A DNA stretch of 63,866 nt, counting the filler, from Guillardia theta CCMP2712 (taxonomy: Eukaryota; Protista; Cryptophyta): the NCBI RefSeq assembly GCF_000315625.1. It is 5 parts of 5 records of this genome, joined end to end, with 100 filler letters (N's around TTAATTAATTAA, not from the genome) between each part and the next. Parts side by side here need not be neighbours in the genome. Positions count along the whole stretch, not along the records: positions 1 to 26,710 come from NW_005434383.1; 4 more parts are not named here. The stretch is one strand, 5' to 3'. Made by a program: the position numbers and the translations under genes. The notes beneath the pieces are model-generated. The model worked only from the letters and a program-made list of their open reading frames with translations. It had not been told where the DNA came from and searched no databases. The number at the start of each line of letters is the position of its first letter. Positions within the stretch are counted from its first letter, which is position 1. Below are positions 1-12,067 of the stretch, one piece after another.

Positions 1-960
1 ACGTCGCTTCCCTGGCAAACGCGCAGCTGCTGCCGGAGAGCGGAAGCGACATGGACAGAAACTTCAGGATCATTGAGCTCGCCGTCACAGCCGTCTTCAC
101 TCTGGTGCTGCTCGCTTACTTGCCGACCTTGACCCCAGCTGAGCGTGGAAGCAGGAGCTGGTCGTTAACCTTTTCGGGCACTGGTTCAACAAATTCTTCC
201 GGGACGGATGGAATGTGTTCGGTGAGGAGGCGACGACAGAGCTCTCCTCCTGACCCTCTCCCTGCCCCCCCCGCAGATTTTGTTGTCGTCATTCTCGCGC
301 TGGCTTCGGTCATCTTTGACCAGATCCCTGCGATCAACGTTCTCCGTCTTGTCCGAGTCTTCAAGATGGTCAGACTGTTCAGGTTGTCCACTGCTTGTCA
401 TGTTGCATTGCTCCTCTTCCTCCACCACCTCCTCTTCTCCCCGTCCACCAGCTCATTCCCATGCTCCTGCGTCTTCTCCACATTTCTGAAGTCCAGGACA
501 GTCGGAGAAGTTCTTCCGCTGCTCGTTCATCAGCAAGGATGAGATCGATGGAAGGAAGCGGTCTATTCAGAACTTACAGCAGCTTATCTTCGCCGTCAAG
601 ATGCTCATCTCCTTCGTGGATCAGATGGAGAAGAAGGACGTGGGAGCGAGCGCGATGAAGCAGACGAAGACGAGAAAGCAGATCCTTGACAAGCTCTTCA
701 AGTCAAGCATGTGCACCTCCTTTGCCGCATGGAAGAGCGCGGTCTTCGATCCGCAGGAGGAGCAGGAGGAGCAGGAGGAGGCGAAGGAGAAGGAGGAGAA
801 GTCAAAGAACTGCTGCATGAACTTGGAGAGGAAAATCTCGAGCATGCAGCAGCGACTGGATAGGATGGTGGAAGAGGAGGAGCAGGTGAAGTCGCAGCTG
901 GGAAAGATTCTGTCGATCCTCGAGAAGGGCGAGCACAAACCTGCTCCTCCATGCACTTAA
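1..960 (+). CDS. 3' part of a spliced ion-transport (voltage-gated channel-like) gene; last exon truncated by the PLV insertion
   Basis: S2-S4-like segments (IELAVTAVFTL; DFVVVILALASVIF; VLRLVRVFKMVRLFR voltage-sensor pattern) are split by short introns and followed by a coiled-coil exon (601-960). The stop TAA 958-960 comes from the element; the frame resumes open at 26675. Confidence 0.55.
950..957 (+). other. Left junction direct repeat CATGCACT (recombination core, or CATG target-site duplication)
   Basis: The same 8-mer occurs at 26667-26674; removing one copy plus the element restores an open host reading frame. Confidence 0.75.
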
Positions 961-1844
961 TTGTAATGAAACGTGAGGAGACAACTTTTTGCGAATAAAT
1001 CATAATTTTTATCTGTTTTGCGAATAAATCATTATTTTTATCTGTTTTTATAAATCAATTTATAATTTCAATGATTTTTATATTCAATCAAAAAATCTGT
1101 TCATTGCTCTTTATTTTCCTTACCAAATCCCTATCATATTTTATTCAATTGAAATAATAGCTGCGCATTCGTGCGGATTATCACACAAAATAACCAAAAA
1201 CAAACGAGCGCACCCACGGAGTGGGCCAGAGCCAAAACATAATATTAATTAAAATTATGAATCCTTCAAGGATCATATAAGTAACAAAAGAGGCGAAGGG
1301 GCAATAATTGAATTTCACCCTTCGCCAATATTCACCCTTCGCACACACACACGGCTTAATTATTCTNNNNNNNNNNNNNNNNNNNNNNNNNNNNNNNNNN
1401 NNNNNNNNNNNNNNNNNNNNNNNNNNNNNNNNNNNNNNNNNNNNNNNNNNNNNNNNNNNNNNNNNNNNNNNNNNNNNNNNNNNNNNNNNNNNNNNNNNNN
1501 NNNNNNNNNNNNNNNNNNNNNNNNNNNNNNNNNNNNNNNNNNNNNNNNNNNNNNNNNNNNNNNNNNNNNNNNNNNNNNNNNNNNNNNNNNNNNNNNNNNN
1601 NNNNNNNNNNNNNNNNNNNNNNNNNNNNNNNNNNNNNNNNNNNNNNNNNNNNNNNNNNNTGCCAAACTATCCGCCAGTGTATTATAATGTTATATATTAT
1701 ATATTATCTATTATTTTTCTCCTTTTTATTAAAACCCCTTTATCATTACGCTTATTATACTAAATTATATTCGTCGCGGGGGGGCGAAACCCCCCAAATT
1801 ATATTCTTTTTTTTATTATTATCTATCTTTCTTTATTATAAATG
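950..1844 (+). repeat. Left terminal inverted repeat of the PLV (contains N gap 1367-1659)
   Basis: CATGCACTTAATTGTAATGAAACGTGAGGAG... is the reverse complement of the sequence ending at 26670. The match continues inward to the ATG at 1842-1844. Confidence 0.95.
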
Positions 1845-4769
1845 TCTTGTGACAATAGATATCAAAATTTATATCAGTATGTCGGCACTACTAATAACAC
1901 AACTCTTACGCCTATTTTTAATAAAATAAATTCAAATATCAATGTCTTGTATAGCAATGTAGATATCCTTAATCATCAGACATCCGAACTATTTCAGAAG
2001 ACCAATGATCTAGAAATTATCACCATTGAAACAAGCAATAACTTGATAGAAACTAATGATTTATTATTTATCACCAGCAATAATTTAATTGAAACAAGCA
2101 ATATATTATTTGCCACATCAAATTTTGTTCTAGATCTGCAATCTCTTATCAAATATAATGCTGATACTAATGAAACCATTATAACAAACAACAATAGGAA
2201 TATATTATATGTCAAATATCAGACTAATCCTAATAAATATATCATTAAATTCACACTTGAAAACGGCTCATTTATTACAATCCAACAGATTAAACAACAA
2301 TTAGATGATTTAAATAACAATGCTGCCGCGCAAGAAACCGCAAATGCTGCCCAATCCTTAGAAGATTTGGACGATACGGCTGAAAATGGTTTTAATTTAT
2401 TCAATGGCTTGGGCGAAATTGTTAAGGGAGGTCTTGCAATTGGAACGGGCTTCATTGGGGGATTGATAGCGTCAGGAACAAACACCTCAAAAGCTGATGG
2501 CCTGTTTATTCTCTCGTGGATTAATGTTTTAAGATTATCATTAGGTGTTGTTATTTCTGTTCTTGAAGATGAGGTAATAAATACTAAATTACAAAATAGA
2601 GTCATTAAAATATATTCTAGGAATCTAACAGATGGTGAAAAACTTGCTTTGGTCCCTAATGAAGCATTTATATATGATGACACATATAAAACGCTTGTTA
2701 TTGATGGACAAGAACAAACAGTTTTAGACGAAAGAAATATTGTTTTTCAAGGTGAAGAAGTTATAACATTAGGCAATGAATTAACACAAGATGAATTAAA
2801 TGAATTTATATTTGGTAGCAATTATGCACTGCAAACATTAAAGCAATATAAAACAATATTCAAAGGCAAAACTCTTTTTATTGATGATATTATTGTTCCT
2901 AATATCTATGACAAAAATGAGATAGATAATATAATTGAGAATACTTCTAACATTCTATATGAAATCATACGCGATGAGTCAAATGTACTATTTGATCATA
3001 TATTGACTGAGTCCAATATACTATTCACCAAAATATATGAAGAATCAAATGTATTATACAATCACATAAGAACAAAACATACAGCAAGCACACTTATAAA
3101 CGATGTCAAACCTGGGTTTATAGGCAATCTTTATTTCAATGACAATCAAGAATGGGAATTATCAACCGATTTCTACACAAAACAGCAGGGATTAGATACA
3201 TTTCTATCATATAAAAATCTGGCAAGCTCAAACTTCCTAAAAACGGATGTCTATGCAAATTATCTCAATAGCTCTAATTTCCTAAAAACTGATGCCTACA
3301 CAAATTTTATCAACAGTTCAAATTATGTCAATCAAACCCAAATGGCAAATCAATTTGCTCTAATTGGCGAATCATTCACAACAAAGAAGCTAACAGTAAC
3401 TGGGCCAGACAGTCTATATATAGCCGATATCTTCCTGAAATTACAGGGAAATCAATTAATACCACCAAATCTTATTAAAAATCAATTGAATGATACATAT
3501 ACAATTACTTATGACAATTGGGACTTTTTGAGTGGTGGTTCTCCTTATGAAACAGTGCCAACATATCCATCTCAAAACAGGGAATGGGTCAGGTATTATT
3601 TCGCTAATAGAACAACTGCTATCCCAGACAATTTTTATATCGAATGTTTTGACATTAGTTTTACGAATAAATTCTCTATCTATTTTTATTATCAATTTAT
3701 ACCTAGTACAAATGTTATGAACCGCAAATATTACAGCGGCAAATACAATCTTTTCAATTACTATTTAGGTGGTTTAACAACAGAGAATATACCTAATAAT
3801 AGAGGGTTTATTTGTTATCTAGATTATCAAATAACACAAGATGGCTCGCTAAATATTACCAACATATCTCTTGATTTAGTGTTTGAGATATATTATAAGA
3901 ATACAAACAATGTTTTAAGCTACGAGAAGAAAACGATAAATATAAATGCTTTTGCTTATGTTTATCCAAATATTGGCGGCCCTGTTTTTAGTGTTCAAAA
4001 TAGTCGCATCGCTGAACTAAATTTTTATTGCTTTGTTCTCCGTGAAGATGGAACCATATTTTATACAATACGAAATCAATTTGAATTGAAGATTGAGGGG
4101 ACAACACAAATAACAAATTTTAAAGAGTTATATAATGTCAATAATAATAATCATTTTAGAATAATAGACCACGAGCAAGGGCCAACAGGTCAAGAGGCTA
4201 TAAATTATTCTAATAAACTTGATTTAATAGCAATAAGCAAATCTATATCTTGGACACTTGAGACCATAAATCTATTTTGGACTGAGAACAAGTATTCTGA
4301 TGCTATCAATCAAATATTTAACAACGATTTATCGGCAAAGATTAGCGGAAAATTAGAGGTTGATTTTATAGATATTAAAAGAGGAAATCTTAGCGTTGTA
4401 GATTTAAGTTCGCAAACAGTTGTAGCTCAAAACATATCAGTACAAAATGTGGATATATCAACAATTGCCACAAGCCTTATCACAAGTGGTGGAGTTGGTA
4501 GGAGGAGTTTATCTCTAGGAGGAACAACGGCTGTTACCAAGGTAACTGATATATATGACGAACAAAATAGGACCGGAATTGTTAAGATAGCATATGATAA
4601 TACAACACAACAAAACATATCAACAATAGAAAATTTTNNNNNNNNNNNNNNNNNNNNNNNNNNNNNNNNNNNNNNNNNNNNNNNNNNNNNNNNNNNNNNN
4701 NNNNNNNNNNNNNNNNNNNNNNNNNNNNNNNNNNNNNGACGGGAATGTTTCAATTGCATGTTAAGGTGA
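1842..4769 (+). CDS. PLV large fibre/structural-like protein, N-terminal part (coiled-coil TSN/ESNxLY repeats); gap at 4638-4737
   Basis: 975-codon ORF with heptad-like ETSNNLI/ESNVLY repeats and a hydrophobic Gly-rich segment; in the same frame as the 4791 ORF. Confidence 0.7.
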   Translation: MSCDNRYQNLYQYVGTTNNTTLTPIFNKINSNINVLYSNVDILNHQTSELFQKTNDLEIITIETSNNLIETNDLLFITSNNLIETSNILFATSNFVLDLQSLIKYNADTNETIITNNNRNILYVKYQTNPNKYIIKFTLENGSFITIQQIKQQLDDLNNNAAAQETANAAQSLEDLDDTAENGFNLFNGLGEIVKGGLAIGTGFIGGLIASGTNTSKADGLFILSWINVLRLSLGVVISVLEDEVINTKLQNRVIKIYSRNLTDGEKLALVPNEAFIYDDTYKTLVIDGQEQTVLDERNIVFQGEEVITLGNELTQDELNEFIFGSNYALQTLKQYKTIFKGKTLFIDDIIVPNIYDKNEIDNIIENTSNILYEIIRDESNVLFDHILTESNILFTKIYEESNVLYNHIRTKHTASTLINDVKPGFIGNLYFNDNQEWELSTDFYTKQQGLDTFLSYKNLASSNFLKTDVYANYLNSSNFLKTDAYTNFINSSNYVNQTQMANQFALIGESFTTKKLTVTGPDSLYIADIFLKLQGNQLIPPNLIKNQLNDTYTITYDNWDFLSGGSPYETVPTYPSQNREWVRYYFANRTTAIPDNFYIECFDISFTNKFSIYFYYQFIPSTNVMNRKYYSGKYNLFNYYLGGLTTENIPNNRGFICYLDYQITQDGSLNITNISLDLVFEIYYKNTNNVLSYEKKTININAFAYVYPNIGGPVFSVQNSRIAELNFYCFVLREDGTIFYTIRNQFELKIEGTTQITNFKELYNVNNNNHFRIIDHEQGPTGQEAINYSNKLDLIAISKSISWTLETINLFWTENKYSDAINQIFNNDLSAKISGKLEVDFIDIKRGNLSVVDLSSQTVVAQNISVQNVDISTIATSLITSGGVGRRSLSLGGTTAVTKVTDIYDEQNRTGIVKIAYDNTTQQNISTIENFXXXXXXXXXXXXXXXXXXXXXXXXXXXXXXXXXXRECFNCMLR

Positions 4770-4790
4770 CAGTATGATGTTAACATTGCC

Positions 4791-7700
4791 TTGCCTGATG
4801 GTATAGCAGGGCCACAAGGCGCAACAGGACCCCAAGGAGCAACAGGACCCCAAGGCGCAACAGGACCACAAGGAGCAACAGGACCCCAAGGAGCAACAGG
4901 ACCACAAGGCGCAACAGGACCCCAAGGAGCAACAGGACCCCAAGGAGCAACAGGACCCCAAGGAGCTACAGGGCCCCAAGGCGCAACAGGAGCACAAGGA
5001 CCAGCAGGAGCAACAGGACCAACCGGAGCCACAGGTGCAGCAGGTCAAGCCGGCATCAATTGTCCAGAGATAATATTATTCGATAGTCAAAATAATGAGC
5101 TAGTAAGATTTGGCGATTCAAGTGTTTCATCTCAAAACGTAATATTACCTAACCCAGCAGGAGGAGACGGAACAGTATATTCATTTGATACAGATGACTT
5201 TTATCTAGATTTAAGTAATAAGGTTTTTATTTTAGGCGGTGAAGGGGTTATAAATACCTATAACACAAGCGACAATAATCTTAATATTTTCTATAACAAA
5301 AATATCAAACTAAAATTAGGAATATCAACATATGATTTCAATATCTATAATGATATTTATTTTTACAAAACATTATCTAATGCTTCATATCTAGTTAAAA
5401 AAAATAACAATGTTGATATTACACCTTCTTTGTTTGTATGGTATAAGTTCAATAATGACACAAAAGATTCAATAAATGGATATGATTTGAATACTAAGTC
5501 ATTTGGTGCATATGCAATATTACCTACAACATCGCCTACATATACCATAAATAATATTGATACTAATTATGCCTATATATTATTTCCTTGTGTTTCACCA
5601 ACACAATCTATTGCCACAATAACTTTTAATGACACAATGATTATTGATGTTTTAATTGTTGCGGGTGGTGGTGGTGGTGGAAGCAATGGAGGAGGTGGAG
5701 GAGCTGGAGGAATTATTTACCTTACGGGTTTATCTGTATCTAGTGGGACAGTTAAAATAATAAAGGTCGGAGCTGGTGGAGCTGGTGGAATAAGTAATGG
5801 TAATGGTGTGATAGGTTATAATAGTGAATATGATACAAATCAAGCTAGAGGCGGCGGCGGAGGGGGTGGTTTAACGAGTAAATATGGTAGTAGTGGTGGG
5901 TCTGGTGGTGGGAGTATAGGGGTTGCGTATGGTGGCAATTGGGTAACTGGTCAAGGAAACTATGGAGGATATAGCTCCGCATCTACTACATCCGCAGCGG
6001 GTGGCGGTGGTGGTAAGGGTGGTGCTGGTGGTATTGCCTCGTTAGGACGAGGAGGAAATGGCGGGTCTGGTTCTTCATATAATTTAAGAGGTGCAAATAT
6101 CACTTATGGCGGAGGTGGAGGAGGCGGGGGCGATTCAACGTATGGTTTAGGTGGCAGTGGTGGTGGAGGTCGAGGTGGTACAATATCAATGGGTCCACTG
6201 GCTGGTTCAAATGGCTTGGGTGGTGGTGGTGGTGGTAGTAAAAGTTCAACATTCGCAGGAGGAAGAGGAGGCGATGGAGTTGTAATCATAAAGTTCAATA
6301 GATTGACAAATTATTCTGATTTTTCATTTCAGAATAACGATGTCGTAAGGTTAAACTATAGCATATTATCATTAAATGTAACAACTCCTGCAATAAAAGA
6401 AACATCATCAACTGTGCCACTAATAACAAGCACAAATAATGATATTTGTATAAGCTTTTGGTTAAAAATAACTGGATTTAGAACACAAAATGATGAAAAA
6501 ATTATAACTAGTTTGAATAATGCGATATATATCAAGAGAAACAATGGTGATTTTTATTTTACTTTTGATAATGGTAATAATATATCTATTGTATCTGGAA
6601 AATATAGTGTGTCAGACTGGCAACATTTTGTATTTCAAAAAAATGATTTGACATCAGAATGTTATATTGATTCAGTGAAACAGACAATAACGAATTCGAC
6701 AACAAGCTTAACATTGACAAGCAGTCAAATAAAAATTGGCCCATTCATTGGAAATCTTCAAAATTTGAAGATATACAGTAAGGCATTAACTCAAGATGAG
6801 ATAAACAAAGAGTTTGATTATTTAGGAGATGGACCATTACAAATAATAGGATATACACACCCATACAAAAATGCAGAAATAGATGAGAAAATAAATAATG
6901 TCATTGCTAACTCAGGATATAGCGACGTTGAAACTCAAGCATATTTAACAGCCAATAATTATGCTAGAATATCAGATATACCAACGGCTTATACAGATAC
7001 AGACACACAAGCCTATTTAACAGCCAATAACTACGCTACAATATCAGATATACCAACGGCTTATACAGATACAGACACACAAGCCTATTTAACAGCTAAT
7101 AACTACGCTACAATATCAGATATACCAACGGCTTATACAGATACAGACACACAAGCCTATTTAACAGCTAATAACTACGCTACAATATCAGATATACCAA
7201 CGGCTTATACAGATACAGACACACAAGCCTATTTAACAGCTAATAACTACGCTACAATATCAGATATACCAACTAGTTTTGAATATAATCAAATAACAAA
7301 TTTTCCTACAGATATAATATTGACTGTTTCTTCGGATTTCAATGTTGATAATAATCAGCTAAATTTTACAAAAATTATAAGCTATAATGATTTAGATGAT
7401 AAGCCTTCATTCTTTTCATCGACAGACCAATATATACAGTCTATTAATACAGAGTATTTTGAAATATCAGAAAATAGATTATCTTTGAATTATATACCTA
7501 TAAGCACAACAAACCAATACATAAAATCTGTGAATCAACAGTTTAAAGTTATTGATGGTCAACTGCAATTAGATAATTTTGGAGCCTCAATTCATTTAAA
7601 ATCTGATAACAGTCTATCATATCTGAAATTAGAGAGTGGTTTAAATATTAGTAAATTCCCTATTTTATGGTACAGATTTGACCAAGACTATAGCATTATT

Positions 7701-9968
7701 AAGAATTATGGAACATTAGGAGACACATATAATTTGCAATCATCTGTTACGGCCCCGTCCTATGGTGGCCAATCTGCTTATGGTTCATCGTGTGCGACTT
7801 TTAATAGGTCATCAAATCAATATTTTCTAAAGAACATAACAGGAAACACGTTTTTAGATGGAGATGTTACAATAAGCTTTTTTGTTAGGTTTGCAACATG
7901 GAGCAGCAATTATATATGTTCGATTGTAAATAATAGCTCAAATGGTCTTATTATTCGTTTATCATCAACTAACGGAACAGTTAATTTTGGTTTTATAAAT
8001 AATGGCACGCAAACAGTTGTGAATTTAGTAAAATCAAACCCATCTAATTATCTTAATGCATGGGTTCATATTTCATTTAGGATAACAGCTTTAGGAAATT
8101 TTAGATATGGGTTCAATCTGAATTCATCTGAATATTCTGATGATTTAGTCGCTAACAATAACTTACAAAATAAAACGACCTTATACCTTGGATATGGTAC
8201 AGGGGCAAATTTCTATAGTGGCGATATAGATGACTTTAGAATTTATAACAGATATCTAACAGATGCTGAACTCGATTTAATCAGAGATAACAAGGCTTCA
8301 ACATATATTGAAGAAAAACAAATTAAAGATGTACCTTATATATTTTTTAATAATATAAACGAGCCTGAGAATGTGGCTTTATACATTGAGAAAAATAATT
8401 TTATTATATCTAGTTCTTGTTCTGGCGGCAGTAGCATAATTTTAAAGACTGGTTCAACAGATATATTTGAGAATGCCCAAGAAAGATTAAAAATAGGTAT
8501 TGATAAGATTTCCTCAACTGTTAATATTGAGACTACAGGCACATTAAAATCTGCTGGTTTCATATGTAATGGAAACATTGCATTAACGGGAAACATTTTC
8601 AAAAATGGAACAAATATAACTGAATTTGATGTTAATCTTCAAAATTACTATACTAAGTATGAAATTGACTCCTTTTTATTAAATATAGGAGCTGGTAATA
8701 GTGGTGATTCTTTTTGGACATTGAATCCAAATGGTTTGTATTATATGGGTACTGTTGGGATTGGTACCAGTTACCCAACTGAGATTTTTGATGTAAATGG
8801 ATGTATCGGGGTGGCAGGTGGAAATGCTGTATATAACCCAGATAACTCGGTTGATGCTATTAATCTTGGACGGACATATTTTGCATTAAAACGTAATGGG
8901 ACCATAAATGATTGGTGTTATATTCGCCAGTTAGACACAAGTGATAATTACAAGTTATCATTTGATTTTCATAATGATGGTGAGGCTCGTCTTGCCTTAA
9001 GAAAGATAAATTCTTCACAAAATCCAGATTTAGTATTTGAATGCTTTTCATTCGATGATTATAAAATATCTATACACGGCCGCGATGCTATACGTGGAAA
9101 CAGTACAGATGATACATATCTTAGATTAAATGAAAGTGGGGATTTTACTAGCGGTGTTTATACAAAATATAACTTTAGATGTGACGGATTGATTATCTTA
9201 AATAATAAAATTGCATTAACAAGTAATGATACATACCTAAAATTAAATAATAACAACGATTTCGCTGATGGTGTTCAATGTCAAGGAAATTTTAATGTTA
9301 TTGGAAATGTCTCATCATCAGGAGCTATAAACTGTTCATCTGTTTCATCATCAGGAGCTATAAGCTGTTCATCTGTCTCATCATCAGGAGCTATAAGCTG
9401 TTCATCTGTCTCATCATCAGGAGCTATAAGCTGTTCATCTGTGTCATCATCAGGAGCTATAAGCTGTTCATCTGTGTCATCATCAGGAGCTATAAGCTGT
9501 TCATCTGTGTCATCATCAGGAGTCGTTAGCTGTTCATCTGTGTCATCATCAGGAGCTATTACCTGTTCAGGTGCCACAATGAATGGCGATGTTGCGATTG
9601 GCAGGGTGATGTCATCATCTGTTTGTAGGAGAACCACTGTAACATTCACCACTGAATCGGCCAATTATTATCAATATAACCTCGATTTTAGGAATTATGT
9701 GAATAAGTCAGCAACCGCAGGCGATGATGTTTATATTTTCAGAATAACAAGCTATCAAGCGGCTGGTGACTTTGGTGACCCCAATGTTCATAGCAGCTGT
9801 TATATGTTTTTTGAGAGCACCTATGCTGGTGGCAAATCGCGAAGACACGTTATATATGAAAATGATGGTCGCGGTGCATTCTGGGGTAGTCTTAGTTCTG
9901 GTTCTACTCTATTTTTCAATGGTCAGGTTGCAAGAACAATAACCTCGATTATTGAGAGTATAACATAA
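4791..9968 (+). CDS. PLV fibre/adhesin-like protein: collagen repeats, Gly-rich domain, two LamG/concanavalin-A-like domains, tandem repeats
   Basis: (GPQGAT)10; LamG-type motifs (WYKFNND...ISFWLK...WQHFVF...[13 protein letters not shown]; WYRFD...TISFFVR...WVHISF...[18 protein letters not shown]); [10 protein letters not shown] fibre motif. Confidence 0.8.
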   Translation: MPDGIAGPQGATGPQGATGPQGATGPQGATGPQGATGPQGATGPQGATGPQGATGPQGATGPQGATGAQGPAGATGPTGATGAAGQAGINCPEIILFDSQNNELVRFGDSSVSSQNVILPNPAGGDGTVYSFDTDDFYLDLSNKVFILGGEGVINTYNTSDNNLNIFYNKNIKLKLGISTYDFNIYNDIYFYKTLSNASYLVKKNNNVDITPSLFVWYKFNNDTKDSINGYDLNTKSFGAYAILPTTSPTYTINNIDTNYAYILFPCVSPTQSIATITFNDTMIIDVLIVAGGGGGGSNGGGGGAGGIIYLTGLSVSSGTVKIIKVGAGGAGGISNGNGVIGYNSEYDTNQARGGGGGGGLTSKYGSSGGSGGGSIGVAYGGNWVTGQGNYGGYSSASTTSAAGGGGGKGGAGGIASLGRGGNGGSGSSYNLRGANITYGGGGGGGGDSTYGLGGSGGGGRGGTISMGPLAGSNGLGGGGGGSKSSTFAGGRGGDGVVIIKFNRLTNYSDFSFQNNDVVRLNYSILSLNVTTPAIKETSSTVPLITSTNNDICISFWLKITGFRTQNDEKIITSLNNAIYIKRNNGDFYFTFDNGNNISIVSGKYSVSDWQHFVFQKNDLTSECYIDSVKQTITNSTTSLTLTSSQIKIGPFIGNLQNLKIYSKALTQDEINKEFDYLGDGPLQIIGYTHPYKNAEIDEKINNVIANSGYSDVETQAYLTANNYARISDIPTAYTDTDTQAYLTANNYATISDIPTAYTDTDTQAYLTANNYATISDIPTAYTDTDTQAYLTANNYATISDIPTAYTDTDTQAYLTANNYATISDIPTSFEYNQITNFPTDIILTVSSDFNVDNNQLNFTKIISYNDLDDKPSFFSSTDQYIQSINTEYFEISENRLSLNYIPISTTNQYIKSVNQQFKVIDGQLQLDNFGASIHLKSDNSLSYLKLESGLNISKFPILWYRFDQDYSIIKNYGTLGDTYNLQSSVTAPSYGGQSAYGSSCATFNRSSNQYFLKNITGNTFLDGDVTISFFVRFATWSSNYICSIVNNSSNGLIIRLSSTNGTVNFGFINNGTQTVVNLVKSNPSNYLNAWVHISFRITALGNFRYGFNLNSSEYSDDLVANNNLQNKTTLYLGYGTGANFYSGDIDDFRIYNRYLTDAELDLIRDNKASTYIEEKQIKDVPYIFFNNINEPENVALYIEKNNFIISSSCSGGSSIILKTGSTDIFENAQERLKIGIDKISSTVNIETTGTLKSAGFICNGNIALTGNIFKNGTNITEFDVNLQNYYTKYEIDSFLLNIGAGNSGDSFWTLNPNGLYYMGTVGIGTSYPTEIFDVNGCIGVAGGNAVYNPDNSVDAINLGRTYFALKRNGTINDWCYIRQLDTSDNYKLSFDFHNDGEARLALRKINSSQNPDLVFECFSFDDYKISIHGRDAIRGNSTDDTYLRLNESGDFTSGVYTKYNFRCDGLIILNNKIALTSNDTYLKLNNNNDFADGVQCQGNFNVIGNVSSSGAINCSSVSSSGAISCSSVSSSGAISCSSVSSSGAISCSSVSSSGAISCSSVSSSGAISCSSVSSSGVVSCSSVSSSGAITCSGATMNGDVAIGRVMSSSVCRRTTVTFTTESANYYQYNLDFRNYVNKSATAGDDVYIFRITSYQAAGDFGDPNVHSSCYMFFESTYAGGKSRRHVIYENDGRGAFWGSLSSGSTLFFNGQVARTITSIIESIT
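4809..5054 (+). repeat. 18-bp coding tandem repeat (collagen G-X-Y, GPQGAT x10 plus degenerate units)
   Basis: Repeated GGACC(A/C)CAAGG(A/C)GCAACA. Confidence 0.95.
6918..7274 (+). repeat. 72-bp coding tandem repeat x5 ([24 protein letters not shown])
   Basis: Near-identical contiguous units with no spacers. Confidence 0.95.
9309..9572 (+). repeat. 33-bp coding tandem repeat x8 ([11 protein letters not shown])
   Basis: Repeated TCATCATCAGGAGCTATAAGCTGTTCATCTG. Confidence 0.95.
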
Positions 9969-10108
9969 ATGGTCCAAAAATAAAATAAATAGCGAGGGGG
10001 TTCCGCCCCCCTGCGACGGATAGATTAAAATTATATCTATATAGATTAATGCGTATTTTAGTTATCAACACATTATAAATCTCATTATTATATGTGAAGA
10101 TATACTAA

Positions 10109-11089
10109 ATGACAGCATTACAAAATAGACAGCATAAAAATATCTCTGGTAATATTAAAGGCGGCGCGCGGGGACGCACCCCCGCTATGGTAACACAAAA
10201 TAAAACATCCTCAAAACCGCTTATTGTAAATGTGAAGATAGAAAACAATCTTGCATCGAAAAATGATCAATGTTGTGATGAGCAATCACAAAATATAAAA
10301 AAAACAGCTGGGCTGAGATTGCCACCCAATACAAATCAGATGTCTTATGGGCATGGCATGCGGGTTATATCTGACCCTTTCGGATCTATTAATTTTAATG
10401 AGATAAGAAGGATTGATGATCAAGGTCGTTCAATGTATCAAACATTAAGCCGAGACATGCAAAATTATTATCAAGATGTACAAAGACAACAGACTAATTT
10501 AAATCAAATGCTTAATAATCTAATCAATCAACCAGCCATGCCAGCCATGCAACCCATGCCACCAGCAACACCGCAGCAACCCGCACCAATTCCAGCTGCT
10601 GGAACATTGCCGACACCGCAAACATTACAATTCGGAGGCTCGGCTTTGCCAAGTGGAGCATCGCAGAGTTCAGTTGCAACTCAACAATATCAACCATTCC
10701 CACCCCCAACACCTGCGCAAGCACTAGCACCAGCAGCAACAACACAACCACAACCACAACCACCACCAACACCACCCCCGCCAGCATCACCAAGGGCCAG
10801 CATCATACAAAATCAACAGTTGCCACAAAATTTTAATCAATTCTATAGAACTTTAACAACTCCAAATGATAGGGGTGCTTATGATAGATTCATAAGATCA
10901 TTCAATGAAAATCGTCGATCAGCAACACAAAAAAGAACATTTGATCGTTTCGGTGATCAAATGTATAAATTGCTAGAGATTGCGCTTGATCAAAATCTTA
11001 TCACAAATCAAGAAACAAAGCTACATTATTTATCTCTATTAAATGATTATCAGAATTCGCAATCAATGGCAGCGGGTGCAAGGCCTTAA
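10109..11089 (+). CDS. PLV hypothetical Pro/Gln-rich protein
   Basis: 326-aa ORF with a TAAATG start, basic N-terminus and central P/Q-rich tract. Confidence 0.75.
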   Translation: MTALQNRQHKNISGNIKGGARGRTPAMVTQNKTSSKPLIVNVKIENNLASKNDQCCDEQSQNIKKTAGLRLPPNTNQMSYGHGMRVISDPFGSINFNEIRRIDDQGRSMYQTLSRDMQNYYQDVQRQQTNLNQMLNNLINQPAMPAMQPMPPATPQQPAPIPAAGTLPTPQTLQFGGSALPSGASQSSVATQQYQPFPPPTPAQALAPAATTQPQPQPPPTPPPPASPRASIIQNQQLPQNFNQFYRTLTTPNDRGAYDRFIRSFNENRRSATQKRTFDRFGDQMYKLLEIALDQNLITNQETKLHYLSLLNDYQNSQSMAAGARP

Positions 11090-11772
11090 GCAATCTTATT
11101 TATGCCTGTGTTGCTCATAGGCAATAAATTTTTGATTGTTGCCTCTGGCGGTGTATAATTGACTTGGTCTTCATCATAGTCATATATGATCAATCTTAAA
11201 TTAAATTCTGAACCCTTGACTAAGCCATAATTTAGTAAAATATCGGCAGATCCAACGATGGTATATTTGTTTTGAAATGTTAAGACTAACTCATTTTTTG
11301 CGAAATCGCTTGATCTTAATTCAAATGAATTCAATTCCAAATCATTATTTTTATAGTGATATATCAAGCTTTGATAAGGTTGAGATGCAAAACCGCCTGC
11401 TCCAGTGCCTACAGTGACGACTTGATGCTGATTATCAAAGTATTTGCTAAATAATTTTAAATGTGCTTTATTGCTAGATAGATATTGATTTTTTACTGAT
11501 ATGCTCGGAGTGAATAGATTGACAGTCTCGACAATAAATTCATTCTGATTATGTGCTAAGAGTATTTTTAAATCAAATTCATCTATTGCAATTTTGCAAT
11601 TTCGTGAGAACTCAACAGGAATATTTAGATGAATTCTATAATCATTGATAAAATCGGATATTTGCGGAGGGTTCCCCTTATTGGAATACTGCGAAGTTTC
11701 AAAGCTTTGAATATTTGAGCTATCAATATCTATGATATAACTATTCTTCAATTTGAAATATTGCCCAGACAT
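11086..11772 (-). CDS. PLV candidate second minor capsid (single jelly-roll-like) protein
   Basis: N-terminal YIIDIDSSN motif and alternating beta-strand pattern resemble penton proteins; lies in the morphogenesis cluster. Confidence 0.45.
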   Translation of the reverse strand: MSGQYFKLKNSYIIDIDSSNIQSFETSQYSNKGNPPQISDFINDYRIHLNIPVEFSRNCKIAIDEFDLKILLAHNQNEFIVETVNLFTPSISVKNQYLSSNKAHLKLFSKYFDNQHQVVTVGTGAGGFASQPYQSLIYHYKNNDLELNSFELRSSDFAKNELVLTFQNKYTIVGSADILLNYGLVKGSEFNLRLIIYDYDEDQVNYTPPEATIKNLLPMSNTGINKIA

Positions 11773-11791
11773 TTATTTATATATCCATATT

Positions 11792-12067
11792 TTATTCTTG
11801 TGCCTCGATAGGGCATAATTGAATGCCTTCATATATTTCACCTTTGAAATATGATTTTTGCAATTGATCCCCTTTGTCATCATTTATTTCATTGTTCATC
11901 AATAGATTGACACAACCTAAATGAATTAAGAAATCATCTAAATTAGGAAATCGTTTCTTTGCCTCGTCAAAATATTTCTTATACAATTCTTTATCATATG
12001 GCAATTCTTCCCTCTCTTGTTCAATGGCATCAATTGCTGCCGTTTGTGTTATTGTTTCCTCCATCAT
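11792..12067 (-). CDS. PLV hypothetical protein
   Basis: ORF; the probable start is MMEET at 12067, which overlaps the ATPase end by only 38 bp, rather than 12139. Confidence 0.55.
   Translation of the reverse strand: MMEETITQTAAIDAIEQEREELPYDKELYKKYFDEAKKRFPNLDDFLIHLGCVNLLMNNEINDDKGDQLQKSYFKGEIYEGIQLCPIEAQE

Noticed and set aside
1308-1929. ORFs inside the TIRs (1308-1763, 1360-1665, 1687-1929, 25684-25869, 25766-26194)
   Set aside because: They run through N gaps or low-complexity repeat sequence; probably non-coding.
4427-5048. Antisense GPVAPW/Cys-rich ORFs (also 9281-9664)
   Set aside because: Shadows of the sense-strand collagen and 33-bp repeats.
6918-7274. Regular repeats suggestive of CRISPR
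   Set aside because: Contiguous in-frame coding repeats with no unique spacers and no cas genes.
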